A stretch of 64,000 nt of DNA from Macrostomum lignano (taxonomy: Eukaryota): NCBI GenBank assembly GCA_002269645.1, contig NIVC01002705.1, positions 62,001-126,000 of the forward strand, read 5' to 3'. Position 1 is the stretch's first letter; the number at the start of each line of letters is the position of its first letter. Of the stretch, positions 13,821 through 27,565 are shown in pieces. Position numbers and translations under genes: made by a program. The notes under the pieces were generated by a model that did not search any database, was not told the DNA's origin, and was given only the letters and a program-made list of their open reading frames with translations.

Positions 13821-16800
13821 ATGCTAGACTTCTTCACCATATTCAGCCGGGGCGGCCTGGTGCTCTGGTGCTTCCCATCTACCAGCACTCTGTTCACCAG
13901 CTCTGTGAATGCGCTGATTCGCTCCGTGCTTCTACAGGAACGAGGCGGCGGCGGTGATGCGTTCTGTCACGAGTCTCTGGCGCTGCGGCACCGGCTAGAC
14001 AACGAATACGAGCTGGTGTTCGTTGTCTGCTACCAGAAGGTGCTGCAGCTCAACTATGTTGACAAGTTCCTTGACGATATTCATCGGGAATTCCGTGACA
14101 AGTACAAAAATGAGCTGACCAGCGGCCAGTTCGCTGCCGGATTTGACGACTTCCAGTCCGTCTACGCCCAGGTGCTGCAGGCCAGCGAGTCCGCCGCCCG
14201 GGCCAACGCCAAGCGGCCCAAGGAGATGCGCACCTACGTTGAATCCGAGAAGTCCAAGAAAACTGTCAGCTCAATGATTGTCGGAGCTGAGCAGCCCGCC
14301 GCCGCCTCCTCTGCTACCAAATCGGCGCCCGGCGCCAAGTCCGCTAAAAATGGCGCCAGCGCCAAGGCTCCGGCCAAGGCCAAGCCGGCGGCGCCAGCTG
14401 CCGAGTCAAAGAAGCCGACGGAGGCGCCACCAGCAGCGGCCGGGAGCAACGGCCAGCTGGATGAGGAGACCCGGCTGCGCAATCTGGAGCGGCTGGCCGC
14501 TAAGAAGCTCGGTGGCAAAGCCAGCAAGCAGCCGTCGCCCACAGCTGTTCCGAGCACGGGCTCGGAGACCGGGTCAGGCAAGCGGGTGAAGCAGAAGACT
14601 GTCTGGGCGGGCAGCAAGCTGTCCAGAGCCGAGATGGAGGCGCTGGACCGCAGCGACGATAAGCCGACAGGCCCGAATGGCGCCAGCGACGCCGGCGAAG
14701 CTGCCGCTGTGGCCGCCGCCGATCCGGCGCTGATAAAGCAGAAACGCGACATGATTGGCGACCTGAAGGAACTCAGCGTCCAGCCAGTCGATTCGGCCGA
14801 CGCCGGTGACGATGACAGCGACAGCGACGGGGCTGCTGACGCTGGCAACGCCGCGCCTGCGGCTGGTGGCAAAAGCGGCGGCGGCGGCCTATTCGGCATG
14901 TTCCGCGGTCTGGTTGGCTCGAAGACTTTGAACCGGGAGGATCTGGCGCCGGTGCTAGACAAGATGCGCGACCATCTGGTGGCTAAGAATGTTGCCGCTG
15001 AGATTGCCGGCAAGCTTTGCGACTCGGTGGCCGCCAGGCTGGAGGGCCGCACAGTTGGCGCCTTCTCCACCGTGGCCTCCACCGTCCGCTCGGCGATGAC
15101 GGACGCCTGCCTGCAGATTCTGAGTCCTCGCCGTCGGGTTGACATCCTGCGCGACGCTTTGGACGCCAAGGCGCGCGGCCGGCCCTACAGCATAGTGATG
15201 TGCGGCGTCAATGGTGTGGGCAAGAGTACTAATTTGGCTAAGATCGCCTTCTGGCTCATCGCCAATGGCTGCCGCGTGCTGATCGCCGCCTGCGACACGT
15301 TCCGGTCTGGCGCTGTTGAACAGCTGCGAACTCACGTGCGGCGTCTGGCTGCCGCGTATCCGCCTGGTAAGGACGGTGTGATAAATTATTATCAAGAGTA
15401 TTGACGTGTTTGTATGTACTAGTCAAAAATGACAAAAAGGTTGCACACTGAAAGACATGTCACACTGATTCTACTAGCACTGAGATTCAGGAATTCAGGT
15501 TATCACTGATGAGTTTAGCTCAAATAATACAGAAGGGTAGTTAGGTAAATAGGTGTTTAGGTGTGTACGTTGTTATATAGATGTAACAGGTAGATGTGTC
15601 TACAGGTAGCTGTGTAGCTGTGTAGGCAGGCAGGTAGGTATGTAGTTGTATAGGTAGGTATGTAATTGTGTAGGTAGGTATGTAATTGTGTAGGTAGGTA
15701 TGTAGTTGTGTAGGTAGGTATGTAGTTGTGTAGGTAGGTATGTAATTGTGTAGGTAGGTATGTAGTTGTGTAGGTAGGTATGTAGTTGTGTAGGTAGGTA
15801 TGTAGTTGTATAGGTAGGTATGTAATTGTGTAGGTAGGTATGTAATTGTGTAGGTAGGTATGTAGTTGTGTAGGTAGGTATGTAGTTGTGTAGGTAGGTA
15901 TGTAGTTGTGTAGGTAGGTAGGTAGTTGTGTAGGTAGGTATGTAGTTGTGTAGGTAGGTATGTAGTTGTGTAGGTAGGTATGTAGTTGTGTAGGCAGGTA
16001 TGTAGTTGTGTAGGTAGGTATGTAGTTGTGTAGGCACGTATGTAGTTGTGTAGGCAGGTATGTAGTTGTGTAGTAGGTATTTAGGTAGTTAGACATTACG
16101 AGTACATTACATTACGGCACCATAGTTGATTAGTAAGTCTGATTATTAATTCAATAACGTTTGGATTCTTTCTTATCGGCACAGGGGGTTGCTTACATTT
16201 GTCAGCCAAATAAGTTCGGTTGACAGCATTAGAGTTTCGATAAAAAACGATTCGAGAAGCAGTACTGGTCTGCGTTTTTTAATTCTGTATTTGGCATTTC
16301 ACAATCCCGAAAATTCGAAAGCTCGAGGCTTCAAAAAGTTGAAAATTATGAAACTCAAACCCCCCTAAACACAAAACTTCATAAACTCGAAGGCAATGCT
16401 TGAAAAACCTTCTTGACAAACAATGCTTCATAAACCCAAATCTTGGTAAACTCAAATCTTGATAAACTCAAATTAAGCTTCATAAACCCTAAGCTTGATG
16501 TACTCAAATCTTAATAAACTCAAAACTTCATAAACTCACTCAAATCTTGATAAACTCAAAGCTTCATAAGCTCACTCAGGTCTTGATAAACTCAAAGCTT
16601 CATAAGCTCACTCAAATCTTGATAAACTCAAAGCTTCATAAACTCACTCAAATCTTGATAAACTCAAAGCTTCATAAACTCACTCAAATCTTGATAAACT
16701 CAAAGCTTCATAAGCTCACTCAAATCTTGATAAACTCAAAGCTTCATAAACTCACTCAAATCTTGATAAACTCAAAGCTTCATAAACTCACTCAAATCTT

Positions 16801-17376
16801 GATAAACTCATAGCTTCATAAACTTGAAAGCAGTACTTAATAATCTAAGTATTCATACATTTCAAAACTTCATAAACATCCGCATGATACTACTCGCCAG
16901 AGTCGGACGGGTCCAGCTACGTGGAACTATACGAGAAAGGCTACGGCAAAGATCCGGCCGGGGTTGCCATGGAAGCGCTCAGGTACGCGTCTACTAAACG
17001 ATTCAACGTGTGCTTGATTGACACGGCCGGCCGGATGCAGGACAATGAGCCGCTGATGCGCGCCTTGGCTAAGCTGGTCAGCGTTAACGAGCCGGACCTG
17101 GTGCTCTTTGTCGGCGAAGCTCTCGTTGGCAACGAAGCCGTCGACCAGCTGGTGAAGTTCAACCAGTCCCTGGCTGACATGAGCCAGTCTGAACAGCCGC
17201 ACACCATTGACGGCATTGTGCTGACAAAATTCGACACAGTTGATGATCAGGTTGGTGCGGCTATTAGCATGACGTACATCACCGGACAGCCTATCGTGTT
17301 TGTGGGCACCGGACAGACCTACACGGATCTGAAGGCTCTGAGCGCTAGCGCCGTTGTCAACACTCTGCTGCGTTGA
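13821..17376 (+). CDS. SRPRA: Signal recognition particle receptor subunit alpha; join(13821..15366,16901..17376), 673 aa
   Basis: N-terminal [16 protein letters not shown] longin domain; [10 protein letters not shown]-loop, DTAGR and TKFD motifs of SRP GTPases. Phase-1 GT-AG intron 15367-16900 restores YPPE|[17 protein letters not shown]. Confidence 0.97.
15590..16085. repeat. 20-bp minisatellite (gtaggtaggtatgtagttgt) in the SRPRA intron
   Basis: Tandem copies visible. Confidence 0.95.
16440..16825. repeat. 36-bp minisatellite (ataaactcaaagcttcataaactcactcaaatcttg) in the SRPRA intron
   Basis: Tandem copies visible. Confidence 0.95.
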
Positions 17377-17959
17377 ATTTTTTTGGATACATTAAGTTAG
17401 GCATGTCCCAACTGCGCTACTGAAAGTAAGGAAAAATGTTTGCGTAAATTCAAAAAGATAATAAAATTATTATCTATGGGAATTGATAATAGTTATGAGA
17501 ATTTGCTTTTTAGTTTCTAACTGACTTACTTTTAATTCATTCGTTATGCAAATAGCTCGGATTCTTAACGAGCTTGCACTGCAAAAATTGATTTGGGTAT
17601 TTATTATTACATTCTGCATTGAATTGTCCTATATTGCTGTTCTATATTGTTGTGTGTGTCTGTGTTTTGGTTAAAATCAATGCCCGATCTTTATTCGCCA
17701 AAAATATTTATGTACACTCGTGAATTAATCTGTTTGCTAACTCTGTATCGAATCTTTGGTGATCGTTACTTTTGCGCTCTGCCATTTTTTTGCTTGTCTT
17801 GTGTGTTGCTTTAATCTTCTTTCTGTTGGCCACGACTTCAAGTAGAAGAAGGTGATGAAATGAGGACGGTTAAATTTCTTTGGAAACTTAATTATTTCCA
17901 AAGAATTACTTTATTACTTAATTACTTTTTAATCGCTGACACTAGCTGCTAGGGTAAAT

Positions 17960-18200
17960 GCACCCCAATGTACACTCTCCTCACCAGCCCTCTTACCCCA
18001 ATGTACACTCCCGACCAGCTAGCTCCCTTACCCAAATGTACACTCCCGACCAGCTAGCTCCCTTACCCCAATGTACACTCCCGACCCGCTCCCTTAACCC
18101 CAATGTACACTCCTGACCGGCTCCCTTACCCCAGTGTACACTCCCTCCCAGCCCCCTCACCAAAATGTGTAGTCCCGACCAGTCCATCCCCCAATGTACG
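17960..18200. repeat. Degenerate ~37-bp minisatellite (ccccaatgtacactcccgaccagctagctcccttac)
   Basis: About 6 diverged copies. Confidence 0.85.
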
Positions 18201-19014
18201 TAGCACACATGATTGACATTATTTTTCACATCGAAGCATTCACGCCAGCTTAATTCTTTTTATGTCGAGCAGCCAAGAGTGGTTCTACGTTGTCAATAGT
18301 TTTTATTTTTGTGATTTAGCTTCAGCAACTATCAGAGCATTATATAAAGATGAAAGGCTATGTTATACAAATCTTCCATTATTCCTCATTATTTTGTGTT
18401 ATCACAGAGAGCTGTGATTACTCAATCGCAACGGATTGATGACTTTAATTGTTGTGGCTAAATGTCATCAATGCTCTTATATTTCACGGTCGGTGCGGGG
18501 CTCATCTCAATTGGGTACGGTTTACATATGATATAAGTGTGCATTAATATTCTGCTTACCCGTTTTGTCTCCGCAATCTGCACTAATCCCGCGTTTCTAT
18601 GAAACCAGTCGCATCTTTTTTGTCTGCTCAGTCGCTGTCAAGTCTGATGCGCAGACTGTGATTGATTGATTGATTCAGCTTTTGCGTTTAGTGAAATCAT
18701 GCGATCCACTCCCTGGTCTACACACCTAGCACCTCATGGTGTAATGTGTTGGGTTAATGCGCTAACTGTATCCATATAAATCTTTTAATCTTGACTTGCT
18801 CTGACATTATATTATTCTGTTTCCTTTGTTTATTGATGTTTATTTATTGAGCGTTTATTATATGTGTGAGTTGTTCTGTCTGGGCCCTGGGTTGCAGATT
18901 GGCTGGTAGCGCAGCGACAATGCGCTTGTTTGTAGTAAAAAAATTTGAATTGAAGATTTTTTTGTTTTGTTTCCAGTCTGTTGTGATCAAAGTGTCCTTG
19001 CCTTAGCCTTCTTT

Positions 19015-19575
19015 CATGTTCTTTTTCAGTATGCAGAGCAGCCTAGAGACTCACAGATCATGTTCTCTTTCAGTATGCAGAGCAGCCTGGAGACTCACAG
19101 ATCATGTTCTCTTTCAGTATGCAGAGCAGCCTGGAGACTCACAGATCATGTTCTCTTTCAGTATACAGAGCAGCCTAGAGACTCACAGATCATGTTCTCT
19201 TACAGTATGCAGAGCAGCCTAGAGACTCACAGATCATGTTCTCTTTCAGTATACAGAGCAGCCTAGAGACTCACAGATCATGTTCTCTTTCAGTATACAG
19301 AGCAGCCTAGAGACTCACAGATCATGTTCTCTTTCAGTATACAGAGCAGCCTAGAGACTCACAGATCATGTTCTCTTTCAGTATACAGAGCAGCCTAGAG
19401 ACTCACAGATCATGTTCTCTTTCAGTATGCAGAGCAGCCTGGAGACTCACAGATCATGTTCTCTTTCAGTATACAGAGCAGCCTAGAGACTCACAGATCA
19501 TGTTCTCTTTCAGTATACAGAGCAGCCTAGAGACTCACAGATCATGTTCTCTTTCAGTATGCAGAGCAGCCTGGA
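19015..19575. repeat. 44-bp minisatellite (cagtatgcagagcagcctagagactcacagatcatgttctcttt), about 13 copies
   Basis: Tandem copies visible. Confidence 0.95.
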
Positions 19576-19702
19576 GATCAGGGTGGCAGAGCTGGAATTA
19601 GGTTTAGGGAGTTTTATTTGTAGATGGAGACATCCTGTTGTTAGTCCTATCATCAGACAGTCAGTTTTAAACGCTAAAGTTTTCATTTTATGCTTCAAAT
19701 AA

Positions 19703-21634
19703 ATGGCGAACACCGCGGTCAACGGTACAGAATCCACTGACTGTGATCGTAAGACGCATGACGTGCCTAATCCTCCTTTGAATTTGGTATGTATATTTTA
19801 GCATTGCCAGTATTCATACACAATTGATAAGTAGTATTTTACTTCTTGCCACGAACTTCACAATTATTTTACCGTAGGCTTCAGAGCCGCTTCCGAAGCT
19901 TTCCTTCTTTGGACATGCAGACTCTTCCAAAGCTACTATCGCGGACCGATCCGCGATTGACAAGGAAAAGCTCCCGGGCCAGACTGCGATTACCAAGACA
20001 ACAAATTGTGTGGCGTACGCCTTTGACAATCACGATGGGAATTGTGATGGAGCAGTCCAGATAGTAAGTCATTTTTGTGGACAAATCTGCATTAGCTTGT
20101 GGCATCCGAGTAGTAGTTTACCGATTAATCCCACCTGAATCTTGCCTCCTGCAAGGGGAAAGGAGGGAGAGAAAGGGAGAGAGAATAGAGCTAAGAACAG
20201 ACAAAAAATGGAGCGGGCCGGATTCCCGTTCTGATCCTATGAAGGAGAGCTGCTGCGTCTATGTTTGACGAACGCACAGGTGTACTTTATATAGCATTCT
20301 TGATTTCTATCTCTTTGCAGCCGGACATTGCTGATGGTGACGACCAGCAGCAGCTGCCTGATCCTTCATCTGCGACAAGCTTGGAGCCACGGCCAGAGGT
20401 TGCTGTCCCGCCGAACTCAATACCTGCTCTGTCTATCTTCAGTGGCAAGCCAACACCATCTTTGCAGCAGCTTGCCACTGTCACAGTGTCGCCTTTGGCT
20501 TGCTCTCTATCTACAAAGGCTGAGCATGAGCACTTCCATAGCTCCCATTCGACAAATAATTATCAAAGCATTTCTATTAACCCTAATTCTGGGGCCAAAT
20601 CATTGCCAAATTTGGAGGTTTTCAGAAACAATGGCCCATCGACCGTTAAACAGTCGGTTAAGAATAGCGTGAGTTCTTGTAGCCATTCTGTGCAATGCTC
20701 TCCTGCAGCTCTTCTGAGTCCTAACCGCCCCTCATTCGCAGGCCCAACTGCCGAACTTGCAGTGCATGTTGAAGACGAGAAGCTCACGTAAGCACAGTTC
20801 GCAGCGCGGAATAAAATGCAAAGCTCGGGTGAGCTCTTCTGTTTTTTATTATTTATTAACACGTAGAATCAGTTAAGCAATGTGATTGGTGACCCCAGCT
20901 GCTCTGGGGCGAGTCTTGTGGCTTTTTAACGACTCAAACGACTGGCAAACGCAGAGGCAAATGTTGAGTCACGGGCGCATCACGGAAGTTGCAGAATCGG
21001 GAAAAATGGCAAAAAAGTCATCCAAGAGTTGTGCTTAGGTGCTTATCTTTCTACTACTTCAAGTAGACTAAATAGAGCCGTTATAAATGCGGAATGCAAT
21101 TATAATTCATCAAGTATCGCAGATGCGCTTCAGACGCAACTCGGTGATTCTACAGCGACTCTAGTACGCCTCAGATACGACTCTGCGGCCCCAGAGTCGT
21201 TATAAAAGCGCCCCAGAGTCTCAGACAATAAAACCTCAAATTGACTCTTTGGTGAATTGTGCCGTGACATGTCGTCCTTTTTGGAGTCATCTAGTGTCAT
21301 TTCTTTTCTATTTACCTGCGTTACCTGCAAGGACTCTGAGGTGATGCAAGTGACCCTCTAGAACGCTTGTTAGCCTGGGTTCCGTTTTCATTGGGTTGAG
21401 GTTTAATTTAAAAAAAAGAAATTTATGTTTCTTCTTTTAATTTTATTCTTTCGATTTTTTGCAGTCTCGCAGTCCTATATCGAGAGATGTCAGTATGCCT
21501 GATGCTGACCGTTCCGGTGGGTCAAGTGCTGTGAAGCTTGAGGTAAATCTATATTGGCATATAAAAATATTGCATCCAAATAGGATTTGTATAATATTTG
21601 ACTAAAACTTCCTCTTTTGTGTCAGCCTGACTGA
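19703..21634 (+). CDS. Low-complexity S/P-rich protein; join(19703..19786,19878..20063,20321..20787,21473..21542,21626..21634), 271 aa. Its first three exons may instead be the N-terminus of the downstream ETS-like gene
   Basis: All introns are GT-AG with compatible phases (0,0,2,0) and give an open frame from MANTAVNG to AVKLE|PD*. No domain recognised. Confidence 0.55.
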
Positions 21635-22276
21635 GTGCCGCTCTGCCACATGTCAACACGTCATCTCGGACACCCGTCAGCTGCGACACGCGTCAGCTCG
21701 AACTCATTAGCGCTTTATTCATCGTCATATAATGATGATGAAGTACATGGCAAGACATACATTATATCATATAATATATAGATTGTATTGTATTGTAATT
21801 ATATAGTAAAAATTATTGCTACGATTATTGCTTCTTCGTACACTCTTCCTCCAAAGTGGCAACTTCCATCTTGATCTTTTGTGTTTAACACTCTTATTGC
21901 AACATTGTTAAACAATTTAAATAGTTGTGTACATAGCTATTTTAAGGTAGATATAGATAGTATGAGAAATATTTAGATATTTTTTCATTCTTTTACTTCA
22001 CCCATGCATCTTTCATTGCCATACGCTTCTGTTTGTTTAGAAACAATATATATTTTAATACCCAAAAACTTTCTTTATTAAAAGGTACTTTACATTTTCC
22101 TTTCGTTTCTCTCATTTTGGTGTCTAAAAACTAACTAAATATGCATTAAGGTTCATTAATTGAAATGCTAAAGACAGTTTAAGGCCCTAAATGAATGCTT
22201 GGGATTAGTCGGTCTGTTAAATTAAGATTGTCAATGAATAATCGCAAGGATTAAGCACGCATTTTTTATGGATTAA

Positions 22277-23435
22277 GGTATCTGAGCACCCATAGGAATG
22301 CAGAGGTAACTGAGCACCCATAGGAATGCAGAGGTAACTGAGCACCCATAGGAATGCAGAGGTATCTGAGCACCCATAGGAATGCAGAGGTATCTGAGCA
22401 CCCATAGGAATGCAGAGGTATCTGAGCACCCATAGGAATGCAGAGGTATCTGAGCACCCATAGGAATGCAGAGGTAACTGAGCACCCATAGGAATGCAGA
22501 GGTAACTGAGCACCCATAGGAATGCAGAGGTAACTGAGCACCCATAGGAATGCAGAGGTATCTGAGCACCCATAGGAATGCAGAGGTAACTGAGCACCCA
22601 TAGGAATGCAGAGGTAACTGAGCACCCATAGGAATGCAGAGGTATCTGAGCACCCATAGGAATGCAGAGGTAACTGAGCACCCATAGGAATGCAGAGGTA
22701 ACTGAGCACCCATAGGAATGCAGAGGTAACTGAGCACCCATAGGAATACAGAGGTATCTGAGCACCCATAGGAATGCAGAGGTATCTGAGCACCCATAGG
22801 AATGCAGAGGTATCTGAGCACCCATAGGAATGCAGAGGTAACTGAGCACCCATAGGAATGCAGAGGTAACTGAGCACTCATAGGAATGCAGAGGTATCTG
22901 AGCACCCATAGGAATGCAGAGGTATCTGAGCACCCATAGGAATGCAGAGGTAACTGAGCACCCATAGGAATGCAGAGGTAACTGAGCACCCATAGGAATG
23001 CAGAGGTATCTGAGCACCCATAGGAATGCAGAGGTATCTGAGCACCCATAGGAATGCAGAGGTATCTGAGCACCCATAGGAATGCAGAGGTATCTGAGCA
23101 CCCATAGGAATGCAGAGGTAACTGAGCACCCATAGGAATGCAGAGGTAACTGAGCACCCATAGGAATGCAGAGGTAACTGAGCACCCATATGAATGCAGA
23201 GGTATCTGAGCACCCATAGGAATGCAGAGGTAACTGAGCACCCATAGGAATGCAGAGGTATCTGAGCACCCATAGGAATGCAGAGGTATCTGAGCACCCA
23301 TAGGAATGCAGAGGTAACTGAGCACCCATAGGAATGCAGAGGTAACTGAGCACCCATATGAATGCAGAGGTATCTGAGCACCCATAGGAATGCAGAGGTA
23401 ACTGAGCACCCATATGAATGCAGAGGTATCTGAGC
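22277..23435. repeat. 28-bp minisatellite (gtatctgagcacccataggaatgcagag), about 41 copies
   Basis: Tandem copies with gtatct/gtaact variants. Confidence 0.97.
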
Positions 23436-23492
23436 AGCACAAATCTACATTAAACAAAGACTTTTACTGCTTCTGCGCTAATCCCAGCCACA

Positions 23493-23675
23493 ATGGGCCT
23501 TCTGAAGCCTCCAATTGTGGAGCCCGCCCTGCCTGAGACCCACATCAATCGGCGGGCGATGCGACTGTTAAAGTACAGCATGTACTTGGGCGCCGCCGCT
23601 GTCACTGTTAGATTTATCTACCGCCTGCCGCTGGCTCGCCCCGGCCTCTACCGGATGTTCTACAAGCAGAAGTGA
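23493..23675 (+). CDS. 60-aa single-TM protein, possibly COX6C-like (cytochrome c oxidase subunit 6C)
   Basis: Acceptor-like ctaat..cccag just before ccacaATG; GC-rich codon-like composition; AATAAA near 23790 and 23810. The pattern PxLxxxH..R.L..S..L[TM]..Y..FY recalls COX6C from memory; the C-terminal tail is missing. Confidence 0.5.
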   Translation: MGLLKPPIVEPALPETHINRRAMRLLKYSMYLGAAAVTVRFIYRLPLARPGLYRMFYKQK

Positions 23676-23964
23676 AAGAACACTGATAGCAAATGCTCGC
23701 ACCTACTGTCATCCAAGTAGCTTATAGCTGGCTCCCCTTCTCATTGTCAAATAGCCGGCCAATAACCGTCTTATAGAGTCCTTGAATACAAATAAATTAT
23801 CTGTAGCATAAATAAACAAATAAGTTTGAATGCCTTTTCAAACTATAGTTGCTCATCATTTTAGGAGCTTTAGCCAATTTTAATTATTTGGCTATTTTTG
23901 TTTCAGTTTTGTTTTTTTATTAGATTTTTGCGACAGATGTAATTCCCACCTTAAAATTGCTGTC

Positions 23965-25045
23965 CCAAGCTACACAGATCCCATCGCAATCCCAAGCTAC
24001 ACAGATCCCATTGCAATCCCAAGCTACACAGATCCCATTGCAATCCCAAGCTACACAGATCCCATTGCAGTCCCAAGCTACACAGATCCCATTGCAATCC
24101 CAAGCTACACAGATCCCATTGCAATCCCAAGCTACACAGATCCCATTGCAGTCCCAAGCTACACAGATCCCATTGCAATCCCAAGCTACACAGATCCCAT
24201 TGCAATCCTAAGCTACACAGATCCCATTGCAATCCTAAGCTACACAGATCCCATTGCAATCCCAAGCTACACAGATCCCATTGCAATCCCAAGCTACACA
24301 GATCCCATTGCAATCCTAAGCTACACAGATCCCATTGCAATCCCAAGCTACACAGATCCCATTGCAATCCCAAGCTACACAGATCCCATTGCAATCCTAA
24401 GCTACACAGATCCCATTGCAATCCCAAGCTACACAGATCCCATTGCAATCCTAAGCTACACAGATCCCATTGCAATCCTAAGCTACACAGATCCCATTGC
24501 AATCCCAAGCTACACAGATCCCATTGCAATCCCAAGCTACACAGGTCCCATTGCAATCCCAAGCTACACAGATCCCATTGCAATCCCAAGCTACACAGAT
24601 CCCATTGCAGTCCCAAGCTACACAGATCCCATTGCAGTCCCAAGCTACACAGATCCCATTGCAATCCCAAGCTACACAGATCCCATTGCAATCCTAAGCT
24701 ACACAGATCCCATTGCAATCCCAAGCTACACAGATCCCATTGCAATCCTAAGCTACACAGATCCCATTGCAATCATAAGCTACACAGATCCATTGCAATC
24801 CCAAGCTACACAGATCCCATTGCAATCCTTAGCTACACAGATCCCATTGCAATCCCAAGCTACACAGATCCCATTGCAATCCTAAGCTACACAGATCCCA
24901 TTGCAATCCCAAGCTACACAGATCCCATTGCAATCCTAAGCTACACAGATCCCATTGCAATCCTAAGCTACACAGATCCCATTGCAATCCTAAGCTACAC
25001 AGATCCCATTGCAATCCTAAGCTACACAGATCCCATTGCAATCCA
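23965..25045. repeat. 27-bp minisatellite (gctacacagatcccattgcaatcccaa), about 40 copies
   Basis: Tandem copies visible. Confidence 0.97.
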
Positions 25046-25076
25046 AAAACCTGCCATTGCATGTAGCAGCAGAAGC

Positions 25077-27534
25077 ATGAGTACAGGGAGTCAGACAGAC
25101 CCTCTAGAGCGGGTCGGCAACCTGTCGGTGGAGTCCGGCCTGGCCTACCAGGGTGGACAGCAAGACCTGGACTCGCTGTTTGCGATTGAGCAGCAGTCTA
25201 ACGATGTTGAAATGCTGTCGGACGAATCCAACCAACCCGTTGAGCCGGCGACCCTTGATCTGTATTTTCCCGGCGTCATCGTCGGAGACTTTAGCGACGT
25301 GGACAATTGCTTGGCCAAGGCTCCATCTTGTGAAGATCTGGTGGCCTATTTGGATGAGAAGCCGGACGAAGATGACTCCAAGAGCAATGACGGCCTGGGT
25401 GTCTGCATGGCTATGGGTAAAGTTTCGTCTCAGGCCGACCTTGTTGACCTGTCTGAGAAGCTTAACCTGGAAGAAATGGAGCTCGTCCCAATGGACCTCG
25501 ACGTAAGTAAAAATTTTTATCTGATCTCTGTTCTGTATTCCCTGAGTTTTGATAGATTATACAGTTTCATTTCATTGATAAGTTAGTCCGGATTTCACAG
25601 GGAAATTGGTCCGGATTTCACAGGGAAATTGGTCCGGATTTCATTGGGAAATTGGTCCGGATTTCATTGGGAAATTGGTCCGGATTTCATTGGGAAATTG
25701 GTCCGGATTTCATTGGGAAATTGGTCCGGATTTCATTGGGAAATTGGTCCGGATTTCACAGGGAAATTGGTCCGGATTTCATTGGGAAATTGGTCCGGAT
25801 TTCATTGGGAAATTGGTCCGGATTTCATTGGGAAATTGGTCCGGATTTCATTTGGAAATTGGTCCGGATTTCACCGGGAAATTGGTCCGGATTTCACAGG
25901 GAAATTGGTCCGGATTTCACAGGGAAATTGGTCCGGATTTCATTGGGAAATTGGTCCGGATTTCACAGGGAAATTGGTCCGGATTTCACAGGGAAATTGG
26001 TCCGGATTTCACAGGGAAATTGGTCCGGATTTCACAGGGAAATTGGTCCGGATTTCACAGGGAAATTGGTCCGGATTTCATTGGGAAATTGGTCCGGATT
26101 TCATTGGGAAATTGGTCCGGATTTCACAGGGAAATTGGTCCGGATTTCATTGGGAAATTGGTCCGGATTTCACAGAAATTAGTCCGGATTTCACCGGATT
26201 TTGGTCCGAATTTCACCGGGATGTTGGTTCGGATTTCACTGGAATTTTTGTCCGGATTTCACCAGAATATTGGTCCGGATTTCACAGAAATTAGTCCGGA
26301 TTTCACTGGGATTTTGGTCCGGATTTCACAGAAATTAGTCCGGATTTCACCGGAATATTGGTCCGGATTTCACAGAAATTAGTCCGGATTTCACCGGATT
26401 TTGGTCCGAATTTCACCGGGATGTTGGTTCGGATTTCACTGGAATTTTTGTCCGGATTTCACCAGAATATTGGTCCGGATTTCACAGAGAAATTGGTCAG
26501 GATTTCACAGCGAAATTGGTCCGGATTTCACAGAGAAATTGGTCAGGATTTCACAGAGAAATTGGTCCGGATTTCACCAAAAAATGGATCCTTTTCACAT
26601 AAATTTGTCGGTCCGGTTTTCACATAGAAATTGGTCCGGAAAATCCCACCCGTACAGGAAGTACTGCAGTACGTTAAGGAGGAGGAGCAGGAGCAGAAAG
26701 AGAAGCAGCCATCGACTGTCTCCGATCTGCCCGCCTCGCTGACTGGCCTGGCTCTCTCGCCGGGAACTCCGGCCGAGGCTTCGGACCACTCGGTGACCAC
26801 CACTCCGCAGCTGCCGTCTCTGCCCGTGCTCGGCCTGTACCAAGCTAAGCAGCAACCGCCTGTCCAGCAGACGCCGCGTTCTGTGGCTTGTCAGCCGTTG
26901 CTAAACAGCTTTGAGACCATGGCTGACCCGGCCGACAGTCCTAAAGAAGAGGCAGCCACAGCCGCCGCCGCTCCCAGCCCCCGCGGCAAGTCGACCGTTC
27001 GACGTCGAGCCTCCGCCGCCAGCGGCGCCGATCAGAGCAACAAGACTTACGAGGCCCTGTGCCAGAAGAACCGAATCTTTGATAGCAGCGCCAAGGCTCG
27101 CTACCTCATGGACCAGCAGCTGCAGCGGGACGCCATTGTGGAGAGCATTGTTGGTTATGTGAAACGGTGTCTGGATCCCGGTTAGTGCTTCGCCGAGTTA
27201 GTTAGTTAGTTAGTTAGTTAGTTGTTAGTTAGTTAGTTAGTTAGTCAGTCAGTTAGTTAGTTAGTTAGTCAGTTAGTTAGTTAGTTAGTTAGTCAGTTAG
27301 TTAGTTAGTTAGTTAGTCAGTTAGTTAGTTAGTTAGTTAGTCAGTTAGTTAATTAGTTAGTTAGTTAGTCAGTACGTTAGTTAGTTAGTCAGTTAGTTAG
27401 TTAGTCAGTTAGTTAATTAGTTAGTTAGTCAGTCAGTTAGTTAGTTAGTCAGTTAGTTAGTTAGTCAGTTAGTTAGTTAGTTAGTCAGTTAGTTAATTAG
27501 TTAGTTAGTTAGTCAGTACGTTAGTTAGTTAGTC

Positions 27535-27565
<31 letters not shown>

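Noticed and set aside
14234-15395. Long antisense and alternate-frame ORFs over SRPRA
   Set aside because: Shadow ORFs of a GC-rich coding exon; no independent signals.
22217-26382. Repeat-encoded ORFs (LHSYGCS.., QWDLCSLGL.., GNWSGFH..) and CRISPR-like regularity
   Set aside because: The units are contiguous with no unique spacers and there are no cas genes. The ORFs arise from stop-free minisatellite units in introns.
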